DNA of 64,000 nucleotides from Azolla caroliniana (GCA_043228905.1 JBHGNT010000015.1:4464001-4528000), one strand, 5' to 3'. Shown: positions 25,483 to 38,885, numbered from the stretch's first letter. Notes: generated from the sequence alone by a model not told the origin. Program-made: numbers and translations.

Positions 25483-25688
25483 ATACCTTTCTCGGCCTTT
25501 TGGCTAAGATCAAGTGTAGTATCTGTTCTTATCAGTTTAATATCTGATACGTGGCCTATAAGGCCACATGATATTAACCTAATTTCTTTCATGGGGGCAG
25601 TTCCTACCCGAGACAGCTTGCTGCCTCTGGGAGCTGCGTGCGTCGCCTCAGTCTTGCACTGTCACTGAGGTTACACAGGCGCGCCCCC
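25483..25688 (+). ncRNA. U2: U2 spliceosomal snRNA (copy 1)
   Basis: ATACCTTTCTCGGCCTTTTGGCTAAGATCAAGTGTAGTATCTGTTCTTATCAGTTTAATATCTGATA; branch-point recognition GTAGTA; loop IV TTGCACT. 3' end approximate. Confidence 0.97.
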
Positions 25689-26506
25689 CCTTTCAAAAAT
25701 CAAATTCTAAAATGATCAGATGTTGCAAGTTGTAGTGCGCTCTTCAATTTAAAGCGAAAATGCGACTGATAGTTTGTGGTATACAAATCACAAATCGTTC
25801 AATGGATGTTCACATGGATCCTTGATATATGGTTGGTCTGACAGATTTATACATCTGACCGAATTGGCCCATGTCTCTCCGATTTCATTCCATTCCTGCT
25901 CGTGCCTCACAGGAGGTAACAAATCGCAGTTTTTGCTATTATTGATCGTTGTTATTATTACATACCATAGAGGAGGCTCCGCCTTTCTTGGACATATTAT
26001 TAGATGCCTTGAGACAGATTTGAACCACGTTCGCAATTAAATTACGGATGAATTAAGGAGAAGACGCCGTGCATATACAAACGTCCTTAATGCATATACA
26101 TACATGGAGGTGCACATGGAAAAAGAGGATCTGACAACCTTGGCTCATGCCTCTACTATTTCATTCCATTTCCTGCTCGTGGCTCACACGGCAAAAGTGA
26201 GAACTAGACTTGAAATCCCACACTTGTTATATATAGCATTTCGCATTGAGAAGAGTGATTTAGTGAAATCATGGCTTATAGGTTCTCATATTATTTGTAC
26301 ATGACTTAATTGAGAACAGTAAATGGTTGCAGAGATTCAATGAACACGTCAGGATAGCAGGCGGATTATGAAGAAATCATGCACTAGCCCCTAGTGAAAA
26401 TTCGTTTGCTTTCCAGAAATCACAATAGGAATCGAGAAATCCTTCAATCGAGCAACTGTACTTGGCGTCTGTTGAATTTATGTGTTACATTGAATTGAAT
26501 TGAGAA

Positions 26507-26611
26507 GGGGGCCGCGCGAACGCGAGCCCCCGCTGCGACAAATTATGACGTGCACTCTCCCGCATTGGGGAGATGCTAGGGCAAACAGCCCCTTCCGGCA
26601 GTGCAATGGAG
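26507..26611 (-). pseudogene. U1: 5'-truncated U1 snRNA
   Basis: Reverse complement matches the U1 at 49814 from CTCCATTGCAC to the 3' stem; the 5' ~59 nt and promoter are missing; Sm site reads AATTTGTC. Confidence 0.9.
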
Positions 26612-27584
26612 ACCAAGGTTGTAACGTACCAACTAGGCACTAATGGTGAGGGTTACAAGAGTTGTACAATAGCATGGTAAAGGAAACACCCATGCATTAT
26701 GCACTTACAACCAAACACCCCCTTGCACTCCCTAGACAACAACCATGACATGAATTTGTGCATGTGCCACTCATGCTATTCCCACACACGATTATTAAGG
26801 ATCAGGATTTGTTTGTCCCGCAAAGAATTACCAATAGTTGGACAATGACATGGACTTGTTTTGCAACATTTCTTGGCAATTTAATGGTGTTCAGTGCAAT
26901 TTGCGAATATTTGAACCTAATGGTATTACATCAAGAAAAATATATAGAAGCACAACTCACTCGAACGTACTTTAACTGTTTGAACTAGATAGCTCCTTTG
27001 CCAAATCTTCACGAAACGCAACCATACAAGGTTAAGGTTATCCTCGACACCTTAGCACCACGAAAGTGTGGAATTGATTACTTGAACAAATTTGCTCGCT
27101 TAGCAAGATTGAAAGGTAGATCCCACCACTCTGTTGCATACTTTATTAATATGGACAATTATTGGATAAAAAGCATAGCCAAAACTAATGCTCATATGGT
27201 CATAAGCATTGAATGATTAACTATCATACTACAAAAAAGAGCTCCATGTTTTTGAGAGAGACATATGATGTGTTTATCGACTAACATACTATGCTTGTAA
27301 AATATTGTCGAAACCAAGTAGGTAGTATTTGTCCTCGATGTTACTTCGAATGTTGTTATCTAATGTCAAAACCAAGGGTTTCGAAGGTATGACATCTTAT
27401 TGTCTCAAGTCATTAAAAACTATCGTATTAACATACCTCCAAGCTTTCTACATTAAAAACTATCGTATCAAAGCTACACACACTTACTTTATTTGTGTAG
27501 GTGTTAGTGGAGAATAGCTAGCGAATATAGTTCTATGGAGGATCACAAAGTGGGTTTAAATTAGGATAAGTGTTCTATACATAT

Positions 27585-27624
27585 ATCCCACATATTAAAG
27601 CATGCTTAACTGTAGGCTATAAGA
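27585..27624 (+). promoter_or_regulatory. snRNA promoter, USE plus TATA
   Basis: ATCCCACATA 27585-27594, 23-nt spacer, TATAAGA at 27618, start at 27651. Confidence 0.88.
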
Positions 27625-27650
27625 AGCAGAGCAGGGGCAATGTGTAATTC

Positions 27651-27855
27651 ATACCTTTCTCGGCCTTTTGGCTAAGATCAAGTGTAGTATCTGTTCTTAT
27701 CAGTTTAATATCTGATACGTGGTCTATAAGGCCACATGATATTAACCTAATTTCTTTCATGGGCGCAGCTCCTGCTTCAGACGGCTTGCTGTCTGTGGGA
27801 GCTGCGTGCGTCGCCTCAGTCTTGCACTGCCTCTGAGGTCACACAGGCGTGCCCC
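27651..27855 (+). ncRNA. U2: U2 snRNA (copy 2)
   Basis: 5' ~70 nt identical to copy 1, with a few substitutions further 3'. Confidence 0.97.
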
Positions 27856-29649
27856 TTCACAAAATCAATACATAAAGATGATTAAGAAATGGCTACGTAA
27901 AATTAATCCTTATTCTCTGCAAAATGATTGGAATGTTTAGTTGAGATGTCCAGTTCATCTCTAGTGTATTATCTATTGGAGAAGTTTTCTTATCTCCTAC
28001 TGTACAGATTATTGGAATGCTGTGTTTCAGATCTTAACGGAGTTCAGATTTGAACCACCTTCAGTATTTAAGATTTATTGGGAACAACAAGGCTTTTGAG
28101 TGAATGTGGATGAAATTGAAAGCATGATTAGGATGCGAACCTGAGGGCCAACCTTCGTTACGCGGATTTGTTGCTCTAGGCAGAGGCTGACCAGGGTCTT
28201 ATGTTGAGAAAATTGCATAGAAGCATGACTCGCTTGAATACCAAGAAATTTGGTGTCGTCGTCTCAATTGGATGGCACCTTTGTGTCAAAATCATCCTGA
28301 AGAGGAGGATGACATTGCACGTTTGCGGAGGTTCAACTTGCTAGTTAAACTGTGATAGACCACTTGGGGCAATGGTTGCTGGCTCAACACATTTATTATC
28401 CCTAACAAATACTCCAATTTGGCCACTCAAACTTGATGACCTCGGTGTCTACCAAGTCCACATGTAACATGAGACAAGCAATGAATATATATGTCTCTAC
28501 CTTCCAAGGAATTGCATATGCATGCCCTTCATTCCCTAATATCTTTGAAACCTCATATTGACACACTCTCTTACTCTTGTTTGGGATGAAAACAAGGGCC
28601 ATGACCATATATTTATCTTGTCCAAACCTCGTCATTACCGCCCTCACCATTGTCTCCTGAATCTCCTCGATGTCTCATACTATTGAGTGTTGATGTAGGT
28701 CATACCATTGAGTGTTGATGCAAGTGTCATGTCCTATAGCCAAAGTAACATAGTCTCGACATGGGTAAAGTCTGCCTTTATAAGAAGGTACCAAACATTT
28801 TCCTATATAGTCAAAAACCTGAAGCCCTAGTGTTCACATACTTGACTACTTCATGTGAACTAGTCCAATGATAACAAACTTGATTGTTTATCTCATGATA
28901 TAGATTTGTAAATCAATTCATACCCTCGTTCCTTTTGGAGTCAGCCCACACATACTCATGATAAGATTAATCATAATTATGATTATGCACGTAAACAAAA
29001 GGGAGGATCCAACAAAGTTAGCTCATTCGGTTAGGAGGATGTTAAGTACTTGCCATAAAAAGCACAACCCATGCAAGGTCTAGTCTTCACCATACCTTTA
29101 AGAAAAGCTATAGATGAGATAGATTTTTTTCAAGGGGAAGACATGAGATCAACAACACCCAATTCCGTCTTTCCTTCAACAATCAACAATAGTTTTAGTT
29201 CGTGATCTTATGGTATCCTCATCCAATCTCCTAAATAAACATGTCATAGATCATTCACCGCCACTTTAGAACCCAACCCCTACTTTTATAGGCCGACTCA
29301 TCTTTCAAACATAATGCAACAAGATTTCTTTATCCACTCTTGTCATTACTTTTTTTATCTTTGCTTTTTTCTCTTCACTCTTGTTCTTGATTTTTTTGGC
29401 ACACCCATGGTTGCTTTTTTCTTCATACCTATTGCTACTTTTTTCTTTATAGACGTAGATGTTTTTTCATTGGCTTTTTATCTCCCTTCACTCTTGTTCT
29501 TGCTGTTTTTGGCACACCCATGGTTGTTTTCTTGATACCTATTGCTACTTTTTTATTTATAGACGTAGATTTCTTTTCTTTATGCCTATTGCTATTAGGT
29601 ATGCCACATCGTCTCCATCAAGAGATGTCCTCAAATTACATCTATGACT

Positions 29650-31100
29650 TTCCCCAAGTTATAAATTTGGCCTAAGCCATATCACAACTCTCCTGACATT
29701 GGATTCTTAAATTTCTTTATGCCCCCTCCAATTTCTATGTCATCAATCAAATTCACTTTGTTATTTGGATGTTCTCCACTCTTTATCCAAAATCACTAAT
29801 ATAGTACAAGAGACTCAATGTGACACTCGTTGTCGCGCAAATGTACCTCCCCATTGCCCCTATGAATTATTGCATCCATTATTGATTTCAAAACGATCTT
29901 GGCTATCTATTTCCTTATATTTTATTATAGATTTGCTACTTTCTGAAGGTTTTGATGCTATTCTAATATTAGTAGATCGATTTATGAAAATGACACATTT
30001 TATACCATGTATGAAGAGAATTAGTAGCAAAGAAACAACTAGTTTGTTATAAGAGAAGTTTTTCGACATCATTACCTCCCATACAACATTATCAGTGATT
30101 GGGGGTCTCAATTTGTGCCTAATTTCTTTATGCATTTATTATTGTTACTCAAGATGTCTTGGAAACTATCTTTTAGTAATCATCCACAAACAGATGGTCA
30201 AATCGATTGCACTCATCAAACATTGGAACAATATCTTTGTTGTTTCATTAGCTACCACCAAGATGATTGGATTTATATTTTTCATTTCACTACTTTTGCA
30301 TGTAACAACAACTCAGTCCATTCCTCTACTAAGGTCCTGCCATTTTTCACATATAATGATTATCATCCTGGTCTTTCTTAGAGCTTTTTAAAGTTTCTAT
30401 AAATCAAGTGCGGAAGATCGGTTACCTCAACTGTGACAACTTCAAGCAGAGGTGTCAAGTCATTTACAACAAGTGGTAGCATCCCACAAAAGCACTGTAA
30501 ATCATCGTCGCCTTCAACGTACGTTTCAACAAGTACTATTCCAAATCGCATGATACTATCCCATCCATCTTGTTAATGGTCCTAAATATAAAGTTGCAGC
30601 AATTCTTGATTTCAAGATCCTACGCAATAAATTATATTATTTGGTGGATTGGTTAGGTTATGATTGGGCCTGGGAACCTATGAGAATTTAGCAAATGTTT
30701 CAGATTTGGTAAAAGACTTGCATTGTCAACACCCCAACAAATCTAGTCCTTTTGTCACCATGATGATTCGTATGACTCGTTGGCCACAATGTGAACCTAT
30801 GACCTATGTGTACATTTACCAAGGACTTAACTATTAAGCTATCTCATAGTCATAATTATTTATTATGACTAGAACATTTTAGTACTTCCTAGAACTTCCC
30901 AAAACATTTTAGTACTTCCTAGAACTTCCCAAAACATTTTAAACCTTTCTAGAACCTCTTGGAACACTCTAGAAAACCATAGAATGCTCCACGACCCACT
31001 ATATAATGAAGCACTCCCCAACTATTGTCGAATCATTTCGGTTCAACACTAGTCTTGAGTCCTCCAAGTAAGCTCTCTTTTGTATCTCTTTATCTTAATA
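29650..31100 (+). mobile_element. decayed chromovirus-type gypsy 3' end (integrase, chromodomain, LTR remnant)
   Basis: GFDAILILVDRFMKMTHFIPC, HPQTDGQ, chromo-like YKVAAILD..YYLVDWLGYD..WEP, followed by TAGAAC-rich LTR-like sequence at ~30870-31010. Confidence 0.75.
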
Positions 31101-31480
31101 CATATTTTCTTTCATCGTTATTGTTGGACTAAAAGGTCCTACTCCGACCATTGTACCCTTAGTGTGAACACTCCTTGTAGTTAGGGTTTAGTTCCCTCAT
31201 GTATAACTAGGAGGAATTCCTCCTTGTAAGTGATGATGAATGTTAATACAGATCTTCTCTTTGCTAATAACAATGTAACTATCTTTGTGTATACCCTTTC
31301 TCTGTGAATATCAAACAATGATCACAACACCTCACGCTTACTCTACACTTGCTTCCACATAGTTGACCATAGTCGACCAACAGACTATGTACAATGGTCG
31401 ACAAGACACTACAAGTGTCAACAAGTGGTATCAGAGCGATCTTGGAAACAAGCAACGTTAGTATAAGAAGAGGTAGAAGC

Positions 31481-32131
31481 TGTTAGGAAACAAGTCCCTC
31501 CGGATGAGAAGGGAGAAGAACAGTGTTGATGAGCAAAGTCGGCCAAGGCCGAAACCGGATGACGAGTACCTGGCTACGGAAAGCCGGATGGTACAGACCC
31601 GGTGAGAACCGGATGAGGAGAACCTGGCTACGGAGAGCCGGATGGTGCAGACCCGGTGAGAACCGGATGAGGAGAACCCAGCTACGGAGAGCCAGATGGT
31701 GCAGACCCGGTGAGAACCAGATAAGGAGACATACTCGTAAATATGTTTCTGAGAGTCCATCGTGGCTATATTTGTAAATAGCCGAAAAGTCATATTAGTA
31801 TAAATATGACTTAGGGCAAACTTTTGATAGTGTGTTTGTCATTCTTGTTGGTGCAAGAAGAGGTCGTTGCCTCTGTTGTAACCGCCGCCTATGGCAAAGA
31901 TAGAAAGCTCGAGGTTGTTGCCTCAGTGCTTTACTGTTGTACACCGTAACATAGTGATAGTTTGCAGCCTATGGGCTGCCGTGTTTTTTCCCTAGTTTGG
32001 GTTTTCCACGTAAACATCCTGTGTACTCTTCTCTCACTTTTGTGTCGTGCATTCATTCATGTTTTCTGTGTTTGATTCTAAGCTCGGTTGTGGCCGAGCG
32101 TTGTTCGTACGAGAGCGTATAGTTCCTGTCA
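31481..32131 (+). mobile_element. solo LTR with ~3 copies of a 60-bp tandem unit
   Basis: TG...CA termini; perfect TSD GAAGC at 31476-31480 and 32132-32136. Confidence 0.9.
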
Positions 32132-32851
32132 GAAGCTTTGAAGGAAAGGACCAAGTTGAATAACACCTTCAAAAGAACAATGGCTTCAACATCCCGTACA
32201 GGTTGTTAAATCAGAATGTTCGACGGCAAAAAAATTGCCTTATGGAAGGAGATGATGCAGGATGTACTAATAATCAGACACCGAATCAAACTGATTAGGC
32301 ACAATGGTAAACCGTCAATGATGACAACCGAAGACTGGCGGTCACTTGACAAGATCGCGAGATCGACCATAAGAATGCATCTGGCCGAAAACGTGTACTT
32401 CATCATGGGTAAAGAGTCAATTGCATTCGCTCTATGAGAGAAGCTTCAATCGGGTATATGAAAAGAAATCGAGCTCCTCCAAACTCATCTTGATCCGGCA
32501 GTTGTTCTACATGAAGATGAGGGAGTCAGGGCCGACAACCTCCCACATCAACACCTTTAGTTGGGTGTTGACCAAACTCTCCTCGCAAGGCTTGAATTTC
32601 GACTTAGAACAAATCAAGGCACTTGCACTCCTTTCCAGCTTCTTGACAAGTTGGGAAGTGTGTTGCATGACCGTCACCAACAGCTCGACAAAGCTGATGC
32701 TCGACAAAGCTGACGCTCGACAAAGTGATCGGGGTAGTGATGTCCAATGAGTTTCAAAGAAAGTAGATGACCGTGCCAAAGCTCACTTCTCCGAGGGGAA
32801 TGGCTCAGAGGATCGACTGCGATCAAAGTAGGCCGAGAAGGAGAAGTGATA

Positions 32852-33644
32852 TGACGGGAACTCAACGCTCCTTATGCACAACGCTCGGCCACAACCGAGC
32901 TTAGAATCATACACAGAAAACAGGAAATGGAAAAACACAACACAAAGGAGAGAAAAGGTGCACAGGATGTTTACATGGAAAACCCAAACTAAGGGAAAAA
33001 CCACGGCAACCCACAGGCTGCAAACTATCACTATGTTGGAATGTACAAACAGTGAGTTCACGGAGGCAACGACCTCGTGCTCACGATCTTCGCCACAGGC
33101 GGCGGTTACAACAAAGGCATCGACCTCTTTCTCTCTCTCTCTCTCTCTTTGTACACTGTTACGTGCTCTCTCTTCTTCTTGCACCAACAAGGAAAATGAC
33201 AACAATAGTTACTATAAGTTTGCCCTAAGTCATATTTATACTAATATGACTTTTCGGCTATTTACAAATATAGCCTCGATGGGCTCTCAGAAACATATTT
33301 ACGAATATGTCTCTTCGTCCGGTGAGCATTCCTCACCGGGTCAGCACCATCCGGCTCTCCGTAGCCGGGTACTTCTCATCCGGTTCTCACCGGGTCTGCA
33401 CCATCCGACTCTCCGTAGCTGGGTACTCCTCATCCGGATCTCACCGGGTCAGCACCATCCGGCTCTCCGTAGCCAGGTACTTCTCATCCGGTTCTCACCG
33501 GGTCTGCACCATCCGGCTCTCCGTAGCCGGGTACTCCTCATCCGGATCTCATCGGGTCTGCACCATCCGGCTCTCTGTAGCCAGGTACTCCTCATCCGGA
33601 TCTGTTCTTCTCTCTTCCCATCCGGAGGGACCTGTCTCCCAACA
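32852..33644 (-). mobile_element. solo LTR of the same family, opposite orientation, ~5 copies of the 60-bp unit
   Basis: Reverse-complement homolog of 31481-32131; flanks TGATA and TGATC (4/5 TSD match). Confidence 0.87.
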
Positions 33645-36600
33645 TGATCGACATCGGTTGAAGTCAAGAGGTGCGCCTTTGAACGCTTACTGCACAACAA
33701 TGTAGAAATGTCGGCCACCACATTGCAGATTGCTAGTCATTGAATAAGAAGGGTTGAAGCTAAAGATTCAAGCAGAATGCATGCTCTTCTGACTAGAACC
33801 AGTCACAAGATGGCAACCAAATTCACGTTGTTGAATCACGGTTAGGAGAATTCCTTTCATTAGAAGGCTCGTTGATTGATGAGATCATGTACAATGTACA
33901 AGATGCACGAACGTGGTTGCTTGATTCAGGCGCCATCTTTCATGTGACCCCTCACAAAGAATAGGTTTCGAACTATTCGACTAGTGCTAACTTGATCCAA
34001 TTCGGAGAGCTTTGCCGGTTTCCCCGATTGGCCTTGCCAGATCTGTATTTGTATGAATCGGCGCGCTTCTTCCAGCACTCTGAATAGGTGAAATACCCAT
34101 TCAACTGTCAAATGGAAGCATCATTACCTTGCACCAAGTTCGGAACGTACCCGATCTTCAGAGGAGTTTAATCTCCATCGACATCTCGACCGAAGACGAG
34201 TACAAGATGACATTGAGTGAGTCATCATGGCAAATCTCAAAAGGCAATCTACATATAGGCCATCGCGTAAAGTACAATCATTTGTACCCACTCACCATAT
34301 ATAATTAGGAGGGATCATGAATGTAGCCGAAATGCCGACATCATCATTGTAGCATGGCCGACTCGACCACATGTCACAAATAGGGCTTGAAAGGCTTACG
34401 GCACTAGGCTACATTCTGAAACTTTAGCATTCGGAATCCGACTTCTATGAGCATTGCCAGTACGGGAAATAGACCTAAAGTCTGCAGTTTACACACTATG
34501 AGACACTACGAGAATCCCTAGAGCTGATACACAATGACATCTGCAGGCCGATGGCTAAAAGATCTCTAGGAGGTGCACGTTTCTTCAGCACATTTGTGGA
34601 TGACTATACATGCAAGGTTTTGGCATATTCACTTAAGTCCAAAGACGAAGCGCCCGAGACATTCACTTGGTGGATAACCGAAGTTGAAAACCGATCCGAC
34701 CACAAGGTGAAACATTTCCAGTTGGACAACGGAGGAAAATACATCTCCAAAGCCTTCACGAAGTACCTGTTTGAAAAAGGAATCCGGCACCAACGAACAA
34801 TTCCCTAAACCCTGATGTAGAATGGTGTAGCCGAACTGATGAACTGAACAATCCAAGAAAGAGCGACGAAGATGCTTCAACCTGTAGGATTGAAGATGGA
34901 GTTTTGGGCAGAGGTGGTACAAACGACAATGTACCTAATCAACCTCTCGCCATCGAAAGCTATTAAGCTTCAAGTGCCACATGCACTATGGTTGGGCACA
35001 CAACCGAGCTACGATCGACTTTGCATTTTTGGGTGCGACGCATATGCCCACATACCAAGGGAGAATCGAACACAACTTTCATTCGAGAAAATGCATCTTT
35101 CTTGTCTATGGGACGGACAACAATTTTAGATTTTGGCTTTAGGACCCAGAGTACAAGAAGCTAATCAAGAGCAGCAACGTAATCTTCAATGAAGACTCAA
35201 TCAACTCGGTCCGAAAGTAGTCTTGAACTGGCAAGAGAGTTAGTTCCGACTATTTAAGTTAGTCAATATTTAAACTGACTTTTTGTAACCTAGTTTTAAG
35301 GTTGTTCGCTTTGTTGTTGCCATTGTAACTCTTTGAGAGAATAATACAATTACATACTATTGTGCCTACTTTGATGTACTTCTTCTCTCAACTTTTCTTG
35401 TTGATCTTGTCTTATGATTCAGTTGTCTTGTTTTGTGAATATGTTTCTTTGTATTCACTTAAGATCTTCATCTCAAAGAGTGTTGAGTTTATTCCGCATC
35501 CTGACGCCCGGTTACAACAGGTAGAACCTGATACCCGAAGCAGAGCAGAAGAAGAAGAAATTGGCGAAGCAAGAAAATAACAAGAGGCGGACATGGCGCA
35601 CAAGGCACCCATCAAAGTGGAGGAGGAGCAAGTTGATGGCCAAGAGGAGAACAAAACCGAGACAAAGCAAAGGCCCTAACCCGACCAAGAACCAACAGAA
35701 GAATATAGCCAACAAGGGGTGGAGTTGGAGCCGATGAGCAGAGAAGAGCCGATTGAATCAAGTCAACAAGCGGCTACAGCAGAAGAACAACTAGGTGAGT
35801 CACAACAAGTGCTAAATGATGAACAACTAGCCAAGGGAAACACCGATGCAGATGACTTGGCTCAAAAGACAAGCATCTTGCATATTTTTGAAGAGTAAAT
35901 TAAATCGATTTTTGTTGATTCGATTTTATTTTTTGCAATTTTTGGCGATACGATTAGTTCGATTTTGCAATTGTTTGTGGGTTCAATGTGCAAGGCACTA
36001 TCTCAGAGGCGTGCCAGGTGTTGACCAGGCAAGACGACTAAAGGTGTGAACAGGGGCAGAACCAAATCAGGGAAAAAGATAGCTAGAAACCGAGTATGGC
36101 GAAACGATAACACCAAGACTAATTAATGAATTGCAATATTTTGTAATTGGCCATGCTTCCCACAAATAGGAAGCATGGAGTCTTATATAAGGGTATGTGA
36201 TTGAGAGAAGTAAAAGGGGGCGGTATTGATAAACAAGAGGTCTGTACAGAGAGGTGTGCGTATTTTAACAAGGTTGAGAGTCACAATCGATAGTCGATTA
36301 GTTCGTCCTTGTAATAGTTATGTATTATTAATATAATTTTGTGCTTATGGGGAAACCTTGTGTTTTGATCTCGTAAGTCTCTAGTGCATTATTGTTACTC
36401 TGAAATCGTGAGCATCTATCATTGGTATCCGATTCGGCAAGAATCCATACCCCATCCCGTGTCCCTTTCGGACCTTGAAGCAATCGGTATGTATTGCCGA
36501 GTGTCATCCAGAACGGACGTCTAGGGCTAGTTCTGGTGTAAGATAATCAGGTAACATCTACGGAGAGTTACCCCACATTCTGAATCCTACCCCTCCTTCC

Positions 36601-37049
36601 AACCACAATACCTTGATTCAGTTACTTGGGAGTAGTAACCAACATTGTGTTCCTCTAGAGGGGAATAACAGGGCCGAACGAGCACTCGTAGAGAAAACTC
36701 TGAGTAACATGCCGACCAACCGATCCGAACCCTCAGTGGCATAAACGAGTTGGCTGAACACTCCCACAATAGAGGAAGGTCTGACACAAAGGCAGAAACA
36801 ATGCACTAGCGGATATCCAACTAGGGGTTCACACAATGCCGACCGGACACTAGAATCGATCGAAGAAGATGAACTGACTATTTCGGCACCCAAGAGATCT
36901 AGATGAGTTTGAAAGCCGATAGAGTTCTTTCAACTGAGCTTGGACTACGTTTATTACACGGATGCAGGCAAACCATGCACCGATGAAGACGTTATAACCG
37001 CTCGGATGCCGAAACATGGTGTAAAGCCATGAATCCAAATTTTTGATGC

Positions 37050-38260
37050 TCTACTAGATTCAAGCATTGTTAATACTATTCACCATGATCTAAAGATAGA
37101 TGTCTTTGCTCAAGACATCTTAGATCATACTGATCCAATGCATACATCATGTTTCGTCATATTAACATTTAATTGCAGATTATAAGCAATTGAGGCAGCA
37201 TGATGAATTACTCTTCTTCAAAAGAATTCCTTGTGTTCCAAATGGATCATCCTACCTCCAACTCTTACAACATGGCCATGATACAAATATCGTTGGGCAT
37301 TTTCCTTGGATTTCTTAACACAAAAATCTTGGTTGCCTCATCTACGTAAATATGTCGAATATTATGAACTTTGCACATGCGATACATGTTGTACAACAAA
37401 GATGCCCTGAGATCATCCTTATGGTTTTTTGCAACGGTACCAATTCAGAGTAAGCCAGAATTGAGCAAGCCATGGCAATCTATGTTTTTACATTATATTA
37501 CAAATCTTCTAAATTCTAAGGGGTTCAATTCTATCTTAATACTAATTGATCTGTATACTAAAATGAGACATTTCTTACCATGCACTAAAGATATCACTAG
37601 TGAAGTGAAGAAACAACTAATCTAGTCATACATGAAGTATTTCGTCACCACCGTCTTCCAAACAACATCATTAATGATCGTGAACCACAATTCATATCTA
37701 AATTTTGGAAGCATCTCTTCACAATGCTCAAAGTCTTATGCAAATTATCCTCATGTTATCATCCACAAACTAATGGTCAAACAAAGTGTACAAGTCAAAC
37801 ATTGGAACAAGATGATTAGGTTGATATATTACATTTTGCAAAATTTGCATGTAATAATTCTATACAATCCTCTACTATGCTTACACCATTCTATGTATAC
37901 ACAGGTTACCATACTCAATGGTGTTTCTTTGAAGCTCTCTTGACCTTATGATACATCGGTCAAGGCCTTACTGTTAGGATAAATATTGCAATCTATCGAG
38001 TATCGACTATTATTTTTGTTTTGTTATTTCAACTAGGTTCTAGAACTTTCCCGAATAATCTAAAAAAATCATGAATATTCTAGAATACTCTAGAACTTTC
38101 TAGAAACTCTAGGATTACTCCTAAGGTCCTATAAATAAATAGAGGCATAATATACTAATCAAATCAATTCAGTTCAACACCAATAGCCTCCCATCTTCTC
38201 TCTCTCATATTTTATTTTATTTTTAGTTTTGATGATTGGTTAAATACCCACTTTGTTGTA
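37050..38260 (+). mobile_element. decayed gypsy integrase plus LTR remnant rich in heat-shock-element (HSE)-like motifs
   Basis: GFNSILILIDLYTKMRHFLPC and HPQTNGQ; TGTTAGG start at ~37972; TTCTAGAA repeats; TATAAATA at ~38130. Confidence 0.7.
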
Positions 38261-38339
38261 AACGAATTGTCTCATGGGCAAATTTTGGCCTTAGAAGACG
38301 TTAATACATCTTTCTTTCTCTCTCTCTTCACATGTTGAC

Positions 38340-38424
38340 TAACATCATGTAGCCACATATCAAATATTAAATTGATGAAGACAAATACTACACTTGATTT
38401 TAGCCAAAAGGCCAATAAAGATAT
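38340..38424 (-). pseudogene. U2: degenerate, 3'-truncated U2 snRNA with promoter geometry retained
   Basis: Minus strand reads ATATCTTTATTGGCCTTTTGGCTAAAATCAAGTGTAGTATTTGT...; USE 38490-38481, 23-nt spacer, TATAAGA at 38457, start 33 nt later. Confidence 0.88.
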
Positions 38425-38699
38425 AAATTGTTATGATGCCCTGCTTCGGTTCTTATAGGACACACCCAAACATTTCTTCACATGTGGGATATATGTCTTT
38501 GTGTCTACCACCTTAATCTCCGTCTTATCTCCCATGAAACGCTTTTTAGGTGACTACAAACGAAGCTCATAACGCCCTTCTTTGATAAATGCCCATCAAT
38601 TTATGTATGATGGAACAAGCTCCATCAATTTGCGATGCGAGTTCTCATATGTATGATGAAACTCCTTTCTAACATTGTATTTGTGACATTATTAAGTAG

Positions 38700-38885
38700 C
38701 GTCTCATTTCCAAAGAGTAATTGTGAAACCAACAACGTAGGCACACTAATTTACGAACCACGTCAAATGCAAGGTTGGACCTTCATAGACCTCAAGGTGA
38801 ACGTGCCTCTCGAAATCTTCGACCCACACGCTACTAAGGAAACTTGACCATGTGAAACAACTCGTGGTTGGTGCTTATTTTATTA
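38700..38885 (+). repeat. dispersed repeat, second copy at ~42315-42460
   Basis: Shared TTGTGAAACCAACAACGTAGGCA...GGTTGGACCTTCA.AGACCTCAAGGTGAAC...GGAAACTTGACC. Confidence 0.75.

Larger units (their letters stand above)
31130..35230 (+). mobile_element. decayed copia element (LTR end 31423, PBS, gag, pol remnants) hosting two solo LTRs
   Basis: ...TCAACA then PBS TGGTATCAGAGC at 31426-31437; gag FDGKK..WKEMMQDVL..ARSTIRMHL; integrase FVDDYT, DNGGKY, FWAEVV. Confidence 0.8.

Noticed and set aside
25363-25668. ORF containing IPFSAFWLRSSVVSVLISLISD (also 50929-51159)
   Set aside because: Spurious translation of U2 snRNA.
32874-33721. 257-aa and overlapping repetitive ORFs
   Set aside because: Produced by the 60-bp tandem unit in a solo LTR.
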